This document shows positions 37,092 to 45,623 of a stretch of 45,781 bases of DNA, piece after piece (the first letter of the stretch is position 1; each line of letters begins with the position of its first letter). Source of the stretch: Pirellulales bacterium (GTDB lineage Bacteria; Planctomycetota; Planctomycetia; Pirellulales; UBA1268); NCBI GenBank assembly GCA_044337015.1, contig JBIIOJ010000002.1:1-45781 (forward strand), written 5' to 3'. The translations under genes and the position numbers were made by a program. The notes beneath the pieces are model-generated. The model did no database searches. It was given only the letters and a program-made list of their open reading frames with translations, and was not told the origin of the DNA.

Positions 37092-37592
37092 TCAGCGGCC
37101 GCGGGCCGGCTGATCCCGCTGGAGCGTGCCGCTGCCGAACTTCTCCGTGCGGCTGCTCGAGCCGTCGGAGCGATTCGTGATCGTGCCGGAACCGAACTTC
37201 TGGGTTTGGCCGGTCACGGTCTTGCCGTCGCGTCCTCGCTCCGTCGTGATCATTCCGGAGCCGAATGGCCGGGACTCGGTCGTCGTGCCGTCGGACCAGC
37301 GTGTGATCGTGCCGGAGCCGAACTTCTGCGTGTGGCCCGTGATCGTCCTGCCGTCACTCGTCCGCTCGGTCGTGATCGATCCTGAGCCGAACGGCCGGGT
37401 CTGGCTACTCGTGCCGTCGGAGCGGTTCGTGATCGTGCCCGAGCCGAACTTGTTCGTCGTGCCGGTCCTGGGCTGCGATAGCGTCGAACGCGGCGGCGTC
37501 GGATCGGCGGCGACCACCACCTCGTCGAACAACGCAGTCGCCGTGAATGTCACCAGGACGATCCACAATGGCGAGATCATGTCGTTTTTCAT
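37092..37592 (-). CDS. Secreted FGSGTIT-repeat protein
   Basis: ORF of 166 aa with the hydrophobic leader ISPLWIVLVTFTATALF. Six FGSG(T/S/M)(I/L) repeats alternate at 19- and 23-aa spacing (a 42-aa super-repeat, also visible as a 126-bp DNA periodicity). The ATG overlaps the upstream stop (ATGA). Confidence 0.7.
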   Translation of the reverse strand: MKNDMISPLWIVLVTFTATALFDEVVVAADPTPPRSTLSQPRTGTTNKFGSGTITNRSDGTSSQTRPFGSGSITTERTSDGRTITGHTQKFGSGTITRWSDGTTTESRPFGSGMITTERGRDGKTVTGQTQKFGSGTITNRSDGSSSRTEKFGSGTLQRDQPARGR

Positions 37593-38194
37593 CGATATCC
37601 CTCGTGACAGGCGTTACAGGTCGTCCGCATCTTCCCGAAGACGGCGCCGGCGCCGGCGTAGTCCTCCTTCTTCGAGAGATTCTTCAGTTGCTTCGCGTAG
37701 TTGGTCATGTCCTCGGCATGCTTGAGATAGGTGTCGTCATCCGCGTAATCGGGATCGTTGTTGAAGAGCGTCCTCCCCATCATGATCACGAGATCGGTCG
37801 TCTGGTCGATCTTCGACCCGCCGACCTTGAACGACTTCTCCGACGCCATCAACTCTGCCAGGGAGGTCTCGGCCCCCTCGAGCTTCTTCATCATGTCGCG
37901 GCGGTCGAAGTCGCCGTTGCCCGACTGGCCTCCTCCGGCGTCCGCTCCGGCATCGGCGGTTTTCTTCCCCGCGTCGCCGCCGCCAGCCCCGACCCGTGGT
38001 CCGCCAAAATCCTTCGGCCGCTCCCCTTCGAGCAGCGAAAACGCGTCCGCGTCGAACTGCGACTCGACGAGCTTGTCCCACTTCACGGGTGGGGCGGCCC
38101 GACGGAGCTCCCGCCGCATCGGGGCGGCTCCGGCCTCGAGGGCGATCCCGCCGAGGATCGCGAGCGTGATCAGGGCAACCGACGACTTTGTCAT
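37589..38194 (-). CDS. Class II (cytochrome c'-type, four-helix) c-type cytochrome, secreted
   Basis: Only the last 201 codons of ORF 37589..39808 are credible. ATG 38194 has GGGAG upstream. It has the signal MTKSSVALITLAILGGIALEA, a Gly-rich linker and a helical body, with a single heme motif at the extreme C-terminus, CNACHEGYR. Confidence 0.7.
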   Translation of the reverse strand: MTKSSVALITLAILGGIALEAGAAPMRRELRRAAPPVKWDKLVESQFDADAFSLLEGERPKDFGGPRVGAGGGDAGKKTADAGADAGGGQSGNGDFDRRDMMKKLEGAETSLAELMASEKSFKVGGSKIDQTTDLVIMMGRTLFNNDPDYADDDTYLKHAEDMTNYAKQLKNLSKKEDYAGAGAVFGKMRTTCNACHEGYR

Positions 38195-38404
38195 GGCTGA
38201 ACTCCCGGCAGGAGGATGACTGCCGTATCTCAAGCCTAGCGGCCATCGCCGCCCGCTCCAATCCATACCATCCTCCCAGGCGGCCTCCCAAGCGGCCACT
38301 TCCGCGGCCCCGGGAGGTTTTCGGAATCCGCGGAGCCTACAATCGGTGCACGATTCTCCCTCCAGCCCCTCCCCCCAGGCCGCCGCCCTTCCGGTTCGTA
38401 GACC

Positions 38405-39667
38405 ATGCGGGATGTCGTGATCACGGGTGTCGGCGTCGTCAGCCCGATTGGCATCGGCTGCGATGCGTTCTGGGACAGTCTCGTCGCAGGCCGAAGCGGC
38501 GTGCGGCCGATCACCTCCTTCGACACGACCGGCCTCGCGGTCACCTTCGGCGGTGAAATCCGCGACTTCGACCCCAAGCTCTACGTGCGGCCACGCAAGA
38601 GCCTCAAGGTGATGAACCGAGACATCCAGCTCGGTTTCACGGCGGCGGATCTGGCGATGGTGGACTCGGGGATCGTGGCGGGCACGATCGCCCCCGACCG
38701 CTTCGGCGTCGTGTTCGGGGGCGACATGATCTACACCGACCTCGCCGACCTCGAAAGCACGTTTCGCCGCTGCTCGAGGGACGGGCAGTTCCGGTTCAAT
38801 GACTGGGCGGATTCGTTCACGGAGGAACTCTATCCGCTCTGGCTCCTGAAGCAGCTTCCCAACATGATCGCCTCCCACATCGCGATCGCCCACGATGCCC
38901 GCGGCCCCAACAACACGATCGTGCTTGGCGAGGTCTCGAGCCTCCTCGCGATCGCCGAGGCGGCGAGCGTGATTCGGCGAGGGTGGGCGGACGTGATGAT
39001 CGCTGGCGGCGCGGGCTCGCGGCTCCATCCGCTGGCGCTCGTGGCCCGTGGCGATTCGATCGTGTCGCATCGCCACGACGACTGCGAACGGGCCTGCCGC
39101 CCATTCGATCGGGATCGCGACGGCATGGTCAACGGCGAGGGAGCCGGCGCCTTCGTGCTCGAGTCGTACGAACACGCCATGGCCCGCAGGGCGAACGTGC
39201 GTGCGAGGCTCGCCGGCGACGCTTCCCGGTACGAGCGACGACCCGGCCGCACGGCGCCGCTCACGGGCGAGTCGCTCTCGGGCGCGATCCGGGCGACGCT
39301 TTCGAAGTCGGGCCTCGAGGCCCGCGACGTCTCGCACGTGAACGCCCACGGTCTCTCCACCGTCGCAGAGGACCGCTACGAGGCGGCGGTCATCCGGCGC
39401 CACCTCGGCGACGTCCCCGTGACCGCACTGAAAAGCTTTTTCGGCCACCTTGGAGCCGGCGGCGGCGCCGTCGAACTCGCGGCGAGCGTGATCGGCATCG
39501 GCCGGGGGCTCGTGCCGCCGACGCTCAACTACGAGGCGGCCGACCCCGACTGCCCGGTGAACATCGTCCGAGACGGGCCACAGCCGATCCGCGACGGGGC
39601 GATCGTCTCCCTCAACGTCGCCCGCCCCGGACAGGCCGCTGCGCTCGCGGTGCTCCCGCCGGAGTGA
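38405..39667 (+). CDS. FabF-type beta-ketoacyl synthase homologue with active-site Cys replaced by Glu
   Basis: ORF of 420 aa. VVITGVGVVSPIG, ARGPNNTIVLGEVSS...ADVMIAGG, NAHGLST and KSFFGHLGAGGG align with KAS II. A gap-free alignment to E. coli FabF [14 protein letters not shown] puts Glu176 (GAG 38930-38932) at the catalytic Cys position. Confidence 0.8.
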   Translation: MRDVVITGVGVVSPIGIGCDAFWDSLVAGRSGVRPITSFDTTGLAVTFGGEIRDFDPKLYVRPRKSLKVMNRDIQLGFTAADLAMVDSGIVAGTIAPDRFGVVFGGDMIYTDLADLESTFRRCSRDGQFRFNDWADSFTEELYPLWLLKQLPNMIASHIAIAHDARGPNNTIVLGEVSSLLAIAEAASVIRRGWADVMIAGGAGSRLHPLALVARGDSIVSHRHDDCERACRPFDRDRDGMVNGEGAGAFVLESYEHAMARRANVRARLAGDASRYERRPGRTAPLTGESLSGAIRATLSKSGLEARDVSHVNAHGLSTVAEDRYEAAVIRRHLGDVPVTALKSFFGHLGAGGGAVELAASVIGIGRGLVPPTLNYEAADPDCPVNIVRDGPQPIRDGAIVSLNVARPGQAAALAVLPPE

Positions 39668-39695
39668 CGATTCAGCCGTTGAACTGGTGCCGCGG

Positions 39696-41210
39696 CTACC
39701 AGGATCCCTCGAGGCCGAACGAGACGCCGTTGTAGAAGGTCTGGCCACCGGCATCCATCGGGTTCTGTCGCAGGTCGTCGAGATTGAACTGCCGCGTCGC
39801 CGTGGCAATGCCCGCCACCCAGAGGAAATCGTAGCCCACTTTGAGCGAGAAGTTGGGGGTGACGTTCCATCCGGCGAAGAGCGTCAGGTCGCCAATGAAG
39901 CCCGGGCTCGTCTGCGTGTTGCGGTCCTCGCGGAACACGGGACTCGGCACGATCGGGTTCGGGGGGTCGTTTGTTGTGTTGATGCCGACGACGGTCTGCT
40001 GCGCCGAAGCGAACGTCAGCGCGGGCGCGGCCCTTCCGCGGAGACCCCAATAGTAGAACTCGTTCTGCGACACGAGCTCGCCGCCGATGTTTATGCCGAG
40101 CAGCCAGTTCTGGGTGGTGATGTCGTAGTCGCCGCTGAAGACGCTTGGGTCCACGCCGTTGCGGCGGCTTCGGAACCAGAAGTCCTCGTCCACCCTCGCG
40201 AGCCGCGGCCCGAGGATCAGCCCCGGCAGGAATCCCCGCTCGGCATGCCGCGACCAGCCGCCGTTGGGCGACATCACGAGTTGGTCGCGTCCCAGCCGCC
40301 GACGGAGCCGGAAGTTCACCTCGATCGAGTTGAAGTTCGAGTCGAGCGACGTGCGGTAGGTGTTGGCAAAGTTGAACCCCGGCACGTTGAAGCCGAGGGG
40401 CGAAACCAGGGTCGGCTCCGCCGCGATCGAGTTCCACCCGTCCACGCCCTGCCAGAGAAGGGCTCCGGTGTACGTGAACTCGATGAGGCGGTCGCGGTCG
40501 AGGTAGTCGCGGCCGAGCGAACGGCCGAACGTGGCCCGGAAGCCGGGGGACGTGTCGAAAGGCTGGGCGAGCGTGGTGAATTGGATGATCGGGAGGCGTT
40601 CCTCGATGCCGATCGTGACCCGCTTGTTGCGGCTGCGTTCGTACCAGAGCGACTCGGCCGAGGCGTACCAGAAACCGCTCGAGAACCATTTTCCAGAGCT
40701 CGCCAGAACGGGCATCTCCGCCAGGGCCGGCTCCTCGATCAGCATCGACTCCCCGGGGATGCCTTCCACCGACTCGACGATCTTGTTGCCGTCGTAGTCG
40801 TTCGCGACGATCTCCGGCACGACGAGCGGCTCCACGAGCACGCTCCCCTCGTCTGCCCCGCCGTCGTCGGGAAACTGCATCAGCCGCGACTCGAACGCGA
40901 CTCGCTCGACCGGCGAAGCCGGGGCGGGGTCCTCTTCCGAGCCGCTCTCGCCGGTCTCCTGCTGGATGTCTGCCGGAAGTTCGGCCGGTAGCTGCGGTCG
41001 CGTTGCCTCCTGCGGGACTGTATCAGCGTCGGTGGCCATCCCCTCGGCGGGCGACTCGTCGGCGATCTCATCCTCGATGGCCCGAAGAAAGGGCACCGGC
41101 TCCACGGCATGCGCGTCCGCTGTACACGTCATCGCGACCACGAGGATGGCGAGGAGGTACGACCTGGCCGGCGATCGGAAGTGCAACGGGATGTGCGTGG
41201 AGGACTGCAT
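39696..41210 (-). CDS. Putative outer-membrane beta-barrel protein (planctomycete BBP7-like)
   Basis: Start at ATG 41210 with the signal LLAILVVAMTCTADAHA, then an acidic linker and a Gly/aromatic-rich alternating pattern. The C-terminus ends in GVSFGLEGSW, an aromatic terminal residue typical of OMPs. Confidence 0.55.
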   Translation of the reverse strand: MQSSTHIPLHFRSPARSYLLAILVVAMTCTADAHAVEPVPFLRAIEDEIADESPAEGMATDADTVPQEATRPQLPAELPADIQQETGESGSEEDPAPASPVERVAFESRLMQFPDDGGADEGSVLVEPLVVPEIVANDYDGNKIVESVEGIPGESMLIEEPALAEMPVLASSGKWFSSGFWYASAESLWYERSRNKRVTIGIEERLPIIQFTTLAQPFDTSPGFRATFGRSLGRDYLDRDRLIEFTYTGALLWQGVDGWNSIAAEPTLVSPLGFNVPGFNFANTYRTSLDSNFNSIEVNFRLRRRLGRDQLVMSPNGGWSRHAERGFLPGLILGPRLARVDEDFWFRSRRNGVDPSVFSGDYDITTQNWLLGINIGGELVSQNEFYYWGLRGRAAPALTFASAQQTVVGINTTNDPPNPIVPSPVFREDRNTQTSPGFIGDLTLFAGWNVTPNFSLKVGYDFLWVAGIATATRQFNLDDLRQNPMDAGGQTFYNGVSFGLEGSW

Positions 41211-41467
41211 GGGGATTCCGCGATCGGGATGCGGGGCATCCTGGAACGGAACAGTCATCGTCATCGGCAGAGCCGCTCCAACAGGTTTTTCCCGCAGAGT
41301 CTTCCCAGACCTCCGCGGCCAAAAGCCTGGGCAAGCTGCGAAGACAGCGGGCCTTCCGCGCGACCATGGCACCCGGATCCACATGGCCCTCCGGTCGTTC
41401 GGAAGATGCGGGACACACTGTCCTACCATCGAAGCCTTGAGCGACTTGGGGGGATGGGCCGATCAGA

Positions 41468-41827
41468 TTGAAGAAGCCCGAGGCCGCCGATTCGGCGGCC
41501 GTGCGGGCCGGCCTCCGGACCGAACGCTCGACCGTGAAACTCAAGCGCGAAAACTTCCTTCTCGTGGGACTGCTCCTCTTTTTCGTGGGGGTGCAGTTCC
41601 GCATGGTCGAGTCGTTCACGCTCACCGAACGGTCGAGCCGATTCATCGCGGCGCAGATGGGCGACCGGCAGTTTCAACCCCAGCAGCAGAGCGTCTGGCC
41701 AAATGGCCTGTCACGCAAGGTCGTCCAGCCGCCGCGGTGGCTGGGGCTCGCGCTGATGTCGGTCGGCTCGGTGCTCGCTCTCAAAAGCCTCTCGATGACC
41801 CGGGTCGCGAGCAACTCCGACTTCTGA
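41468..41827 (+). CDS. Small hypothetical membrane protein
   Basis: ORF of 119 aa with a TTG start. It has two hydrophobic segments (FLLVGLLLFFVGVQF and WLGLALMSVGSVLAL). No family was recognised, so whether it is coding is uncertain. Confidence 0.35.
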   Translation: MKKPEAADSAAVRAGLRTERSTVKLKRENFLLVGLLLFFVGVQFRMVESFTLTERSSRFIAAQMGDRQFQPQQQSVWPNGLSRKVVQPPRWLGLALMSVGSVLALKSLSMTRVASNSDF

Positions 41828-41950
41828 TCGGGCGTTCGGACCGCACCGAGACCATGCTGCCCGGGATGCCCCGCGACGCGGGAGTTGAGCCGCCCGCATC
41901 GTTCTGGTACCAATCTGGCGGGGTTGTCGGCCTCGGCATGACCGGCTTTC

Positions 41951-42018
41951 GGGACACTGGGATACTGGGACGCTGGGATACTGGGGCACTGGGATACTGG
42001 GCACTGGGATATTGGGAG
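41951..42018. repeat. Octanucleotide tandem repeat CTGGGAYA, about 8 copies, in the leader of the oxidoreductase gene
   Basis: CTGGGA-type cores start at 41957, 41965, 41973, 41981, 41989, 41997, 42004 and 42012. The last unit (TTGGGAG) doubles as the Shine-Dalgarno sequence, 8 nt before ATG 42027. Confidence 0.85.
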
Positions 42019-42026
42019 TTGCAGCG

Positions 42027-43319
42027 ATGACCCGCACGACACGAAACGGCACGCAGATTCACCGCCGCGGCCTGCTCCGCACGGGTCTCGCCTCCGGTGC
42101 CGCATTCGCAGTGCCGACGATCGTGCCGGCTTCGGCACTCGGCCTCGACGGCAGTGTGCCGCCAAGTGAGAGGATCGTCGTCGGCGGCATCGGCATCGGC
42201 AACCGTGGCACCTACGACCTCGGCTGCTTCCTGCAGCAGCCCGACGTACGGTTCGCCGCGGTTTGCGACGTGAAGGAGTCCCGGAGGCAGGCGGTGAAGC
42301 AGATCGCCGACAGGCACCACGGTGACGATCGCTGCACGATGCACCGCGACTTCCGGGAACTGCTCGACCGCAATGACATCGACGCAGTGCTCGTCGCGAC
42401 CGGCCCCAACTGGCACGGCCTGATGGCCATGGAATCAGCGAAGGCCGGCAAGGACATCTACTGCGAAAAACCCTGCACGAAGACGATCGCGGAAAGCCTT
42501 CTCCTGCGGGACGTGATCCGCCGCACCGGCCGGGTCTTCCAGGCCGGCACCCAGCGGCGGAACCTGCCGCACTTCGCCTTCGCGTGCGAGCTTGCCCGCA
42601 CCGGTCGCCTCGGCAGGATCACCCGCGTCTATGCACACCCGGCCGGCATGAAGGCGATGACGAGCGGCTGGCTTCCCGCCGAACCGGCCCCGGCGAAGGA
42701 ATCGGTCGACTGGGACATGTACCTCGGCCCTGCGGCATGGAGACCGTTCAACGCGAAGCTCCTCGATGGCTTCAACTTCGAGAAGGGGGGCGGGCTCGTG
42801 GGCGGAGGTGTGCTCGAGTGGGGCTCGCACTGCGTCGATCTCTGCCAGTGGGCCGTCGGCGACTGCCCGCCGCCGGTGGAATACAACCCGCCGAAGGACG
42901 GCTACCTCTTGGCGAAGTACGCGGGTGGCACGGAACTCATCTTCCGGGAGAAGGACTGGATTCCGCTCGGATCCTGCCCGGTGCGATTCGAGGGGACCGA
43001 CGGCTGGGTCGAGGCCGGCGACAGCGGAAAGATGGTGCTCAGCTCGCCGTCGCTGCTCGCCGGCAGGAAGGTCGAGGAGATCGGAGGCTACCCGGCGACG
43101 TTCCACGTCCGCGACTTCCTCGACTGCGTGAAGACCCGCGGCATGCCGAAGGGCAACGCCGATGCAGCCTGCAACGCCCACATCGCCTGCCACGCGGCGA
43201 ACATCGCCCTGTTCCTCGGCCGGACCGTGAAGTTCGACACCGTGGCGAACACGTTCCCCGACGACCCGCAGGCGAACCGCCTGCGATCGGAGGCGGTCCG
43301 CGAGCCGTGGCGGACGTGA
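42027..43319 (+). CDS. Gfo/Idh/MocA family oxidoreductase with Tat signal
   Basis: ATG 42027 lies within ORF 42012..43319. It has the leader TRNGTQIHRRGLLRTGLASGAAFA, the Rossmann motif VGGIGIGNRG and the CEKP motif. Confidence 0.9.
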   Translation: MTRTTRNGTQIHRRGLLRTGLASGAAFAVPTIVPASALGLDGSVPPSERIVVGGIGIGNRGTYDLGCFLQQPDVRFAAVCDVKESRRQAVKQIADRHHGDDRCTMHRDFRELLDRNDIDAVLVATGPNWHGLMAMESAKAGKDIYCEKPCTKTIAESLLLRDVIRRTGRVFQAGTQRRNLPHFAFACELARTGRLGRITRVYAHPAGMKAMTSGWLPAEPAPAKESVDWDMYLGPAAWRPFNAKLLDGFNFEKGGGLVGGGVLEWGSHCVDLCQWAVGDCPPPVEYNPPKDGYLLAKYAGGTELIFREKDWIPLGSCPVRFEGTDGWVEAGDSGKMVLSSPSLLAGRKVEEIGGYPATFHVRDFLDCVKTRGMPKGNADAACNAHIACHAANIALFLGRTVKFDTVANTFPDDPQANRLRSEAVREPWRT

Positions 43320-43353
43320 TGCACGCACCACGAAGCTCACGCAGGAGGACGAC

Positions 43354-45477
43354 ATGAAGCGATACCGAATCCCCGTCTCGGCGATCCTCGTCTACCTGAC
43401 GGCCGTCGCGGCGGCCGCCCACGGTCAAGCTCCGTCGCCGGTGGAGGCGAATCTCGTCGCCGTGCTCGCCTCCGACAAGCCCGAGGCCGAAAAGGCGATG
43501 ACCTGCAAGCTCCTGGCCGTGCACGGAACGGCGGCCGCCGTTCCCGAATTGTCGAAGCTGCTTTCGAACGAACGCCTCTCTTCCTGGGCTCGCATCGCGC
43601 TCGAGGCGATCCCCGACCCGGCGTGCGACGCGGCCCTTCGCGAGGCGGCCGAGTCCCTCTCAGGCCGGCTTGCCGTGGGGGCGATCAACTCCCTCGGCGT
43701 CCGGCGGGACGAGCAGGCGGTGGAACTGCTCGCAAGGAAGCTCGATGACGAGGATGCGTTGGTCGCGGCCGCCGCAGCCGCCGCGCTCGGGAAGATCGGC
43801 GACGCGGCCGCCGCGGCGGCGGTCCGACAGGCGTTCACGACCGGCAAGATCGCCGTGCAGCCAGCCGCGGCGCAGGCGTGCGTGGAGTGTGCCGAGGCTC
43901 TGCTCAACTCGGGCCGAAAGTCCGACGCGGTCGCCCTGTACGACCTGGTGCGCGGGAAGAGCCAGGAACCGCAGCGTGTCCTGGAGGCGATCAGAGGCGC
44001 GATCCTCGCCCGCGGAGACGAGGGGCTTCCGCTCCTGCTCGAACAGTTGCGATCGAGCGATCGCGGACGGTTTCGTATCGGCCTCTCGACGGCCCGCGAA
44101 CTTCCCGGGGACGTCGTCGATGCCGCGATCGCGGCCGAGCTCGCCAAGGCCGATCCTGCCCGTGGAAGCCTCCTCGTCGTCTTGCTGGCCGATCGCGGCC
44201 GACCCGCGGGAGCAACCGCGATCCTGAACGCCGCCGGTCCGCAGGCCGCGAGGGGGGTGCGGCTCGAGGCCTTGCGGGCGCTCGGGCGGGTGGGGGATGC
44301 CCGGGCGATCCCGCCGCTGCTCGCGGCCGCTGCCGACGCCGACGCTTCGCTCGCCGATGCCGCCGCGGCAGGCCTGGCGGAGCTCCGCGGGCAGGGAATC
44401 GATCGGGAAATCCTATCGCGGCTGCCGGAGTCGAAGGGACGGGGACGAGTCGTGCTGCTCGAACTCATCGGGCGCCGGCGGATCGACGCCGTGCCGCAGG
44501 TGATCGACTCGCTCGACGGCGACGACGCGGCCGTTCGCTCCGCAGCGATCACGGCGCTCGGTGAGATCGTCGATCTCCCCAGGCTGCCGGTGCTCGTGGA
44601 ACGGGTGAAGAAGCCCCGCGACGCCGAGTCGGGGGCGCTGGCCTTGAAGTCGCTGTCGACCGCGTGCGTCCGCATGCCCGACCGCGATGCCTGCGCGTCG
44701 GCCCTATCGGCCGCGATGCAGGGCACGAGCGGTGATACGAGGATCGCGATGCTCGACATCATCGGCCAGGTCGGCGGACCGAAGGCGCTCGAGGAGGTCG
44801 CGGCTGCGGCGAAGAGCGGGGATGAGCCGCTCCAGGACGCCGGCACCCGCCTGCTCGGCGACTGGCTCACGCCCGACGCCGGGCCGGTGCTCCTCGAGTT
44901 GGCGAAGACGCTCCCCGACGGCAAATTCCGCACCCGCGCCTACCGCGGCTACCTCCGGGTGGCCCGGCAGTTCGGCGGCTCGCCCGACGAGAAGGCGGCG
45001 ATGTGCGGCAAGGCGATGGAGATTGCCCGCGACGCGGACGACCGCCGAACCGTCCTCGACGCGCTCAAATCGATTCCCGCAAAGGGCTCGCTCGAACTGG
45101 CCGCCGAGGCCGCCGTGACTCCCGAGCTCCGCGACGCCGCCCGGACGGCGGCGGCCGCCATCCTCGGAAAGTCCGGCGACTCGATCGAGGGCGCGTGGAA
45201 TCTCGCCTCCAGGCTCGGCCTCCCCAAGGCGAAGATCGAGATCGTGAAGGCCACCTACGGCGCCGGCGGAAACCAGCGGGACGTGAGCGACGCGATCCGG
45301 AAGCGGGCCGGCTCCGTGCCGCTCATCGTGCTCACCAACCCGACCTACAACGACGCGCTCGGTGGCGACCCCGCTCCCGACGCCAAGAAGCAGCTCGTGA
45401 TCAGCTACAAGCTCGACGGAAAGCAGGGTGAGGTCGCGCTCGACGAAAATGCGCCGATCCTCCTGCCGACTCCCTGA
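43354..45477 (+). CDS. HEAT-repeat protein, secreted
   Basis: ATG 43354 has AGGAGG upstream. It has the signal VSAILVYLTAVAAAAHG, then many Ala/Leu-rich HEAT/PBS-lyase-like units (AVPELSKLL, RIAALEALG-like). The C-terminal 80-aa module begins KIEIVKATYGAGGNQRDVSD. Confidence 0.8.
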   Translation: MKRYRIPVSAILVYLTAVAAAAHGQAPSPVEANLVAVLASDKPEAEKAMTCKLLAVHGTAAAVPELSKLLSNERLSSWARIALEAIPDPACDAALREAAESLSGRLAVGAINSLGVRRDEQAVELLARKLDDEDALVAAAAAAALGKIGDAAAAAAVRQAFTTGKIAVQPAAAQACVECAEALLNSGRKSDAVALYDLVRGKSQEPQRVLEAIRGAILARGDEGLPLLLEQLRSSDRGRFRIGLSTARELPGDVVDAAIAAELAKADPARGSLLVVLLADRGRPAGATAILNAAGPQAARGVRLEALRALGRVGDARAIPPLLAAAADADASLADAAAAGLAELRGQGIDREILSRLPESKGRGRVVLLELIGRRRIDAVPQVIDSLDGDDAAVRSAAITALGEIVDLPRLPVLVERVKKPRDAESGALALKSLSTACVRMPDRDACASALSAAMQGTSGDTRIAMLDIIGQVGGPKALEEVAAAAKSGDEPLQDAGTRLLGDWLTPDAGPVLLELAKTLPDGKFRTRAYRGYLRVARQFGGSPDEKAAMCGKAMEIARDADDRRTVLDALKSIPAKGSLELAAEAAVTPELRDAARTAAAAILGKSGDSIEGAWNLASRLGLPKAKIEIVKATYGAGGNQRDVSDAIRKRAGSVPLIVLTNPTYNDALGGDPAPDAKKQLVISYKLDGKQGEVALDENAPILLPTP

Positions 45478-45555
45478 CCCGGCCGCGAAGAGAGTGACCG
45501 GTCGGTGCTGCCCGTGTCCTAAGCGCACCCACTTGAACGACACCGCATTGCCGCC

Positions 45556-45623
45556 GGGCGAGCGGACGCATCGTCGCTACGGCGAGGATACGCCTGATGC
45601 TCCTCAACGTCCGCTCGCCCGGC
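45556..45623. other. Long perfect hairpin in non-coding DNA at the window edge
   Basis: CCGGGCGAGCGGACG (45556-45570) pairs with CGTCCGCTCGCCCGG (45609-45623), a perfect 15 bp extendable to 17. The hairpin is flanked by direct repeats at 45497-45519 and 45669-45693. Confidence 0.6.

Noticed and set aside
38195-39808. Upstream 538 codons of ORF 37589..39808
   Set aside because: This stretch is antisense to the ketosynthase gene and Arg/Gly/Asp-rich. Only the last 201 codons (signal peptide plus cytochrome c fold) look real.
45525-45529. Group II intron 5' end (GTGCG on the minus strand)
   Set aside because: An intron reading leftwards from here would run straight into the HEAT-repeat gene 3' end within 50 nt. 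No domain V-like sequence was seen.
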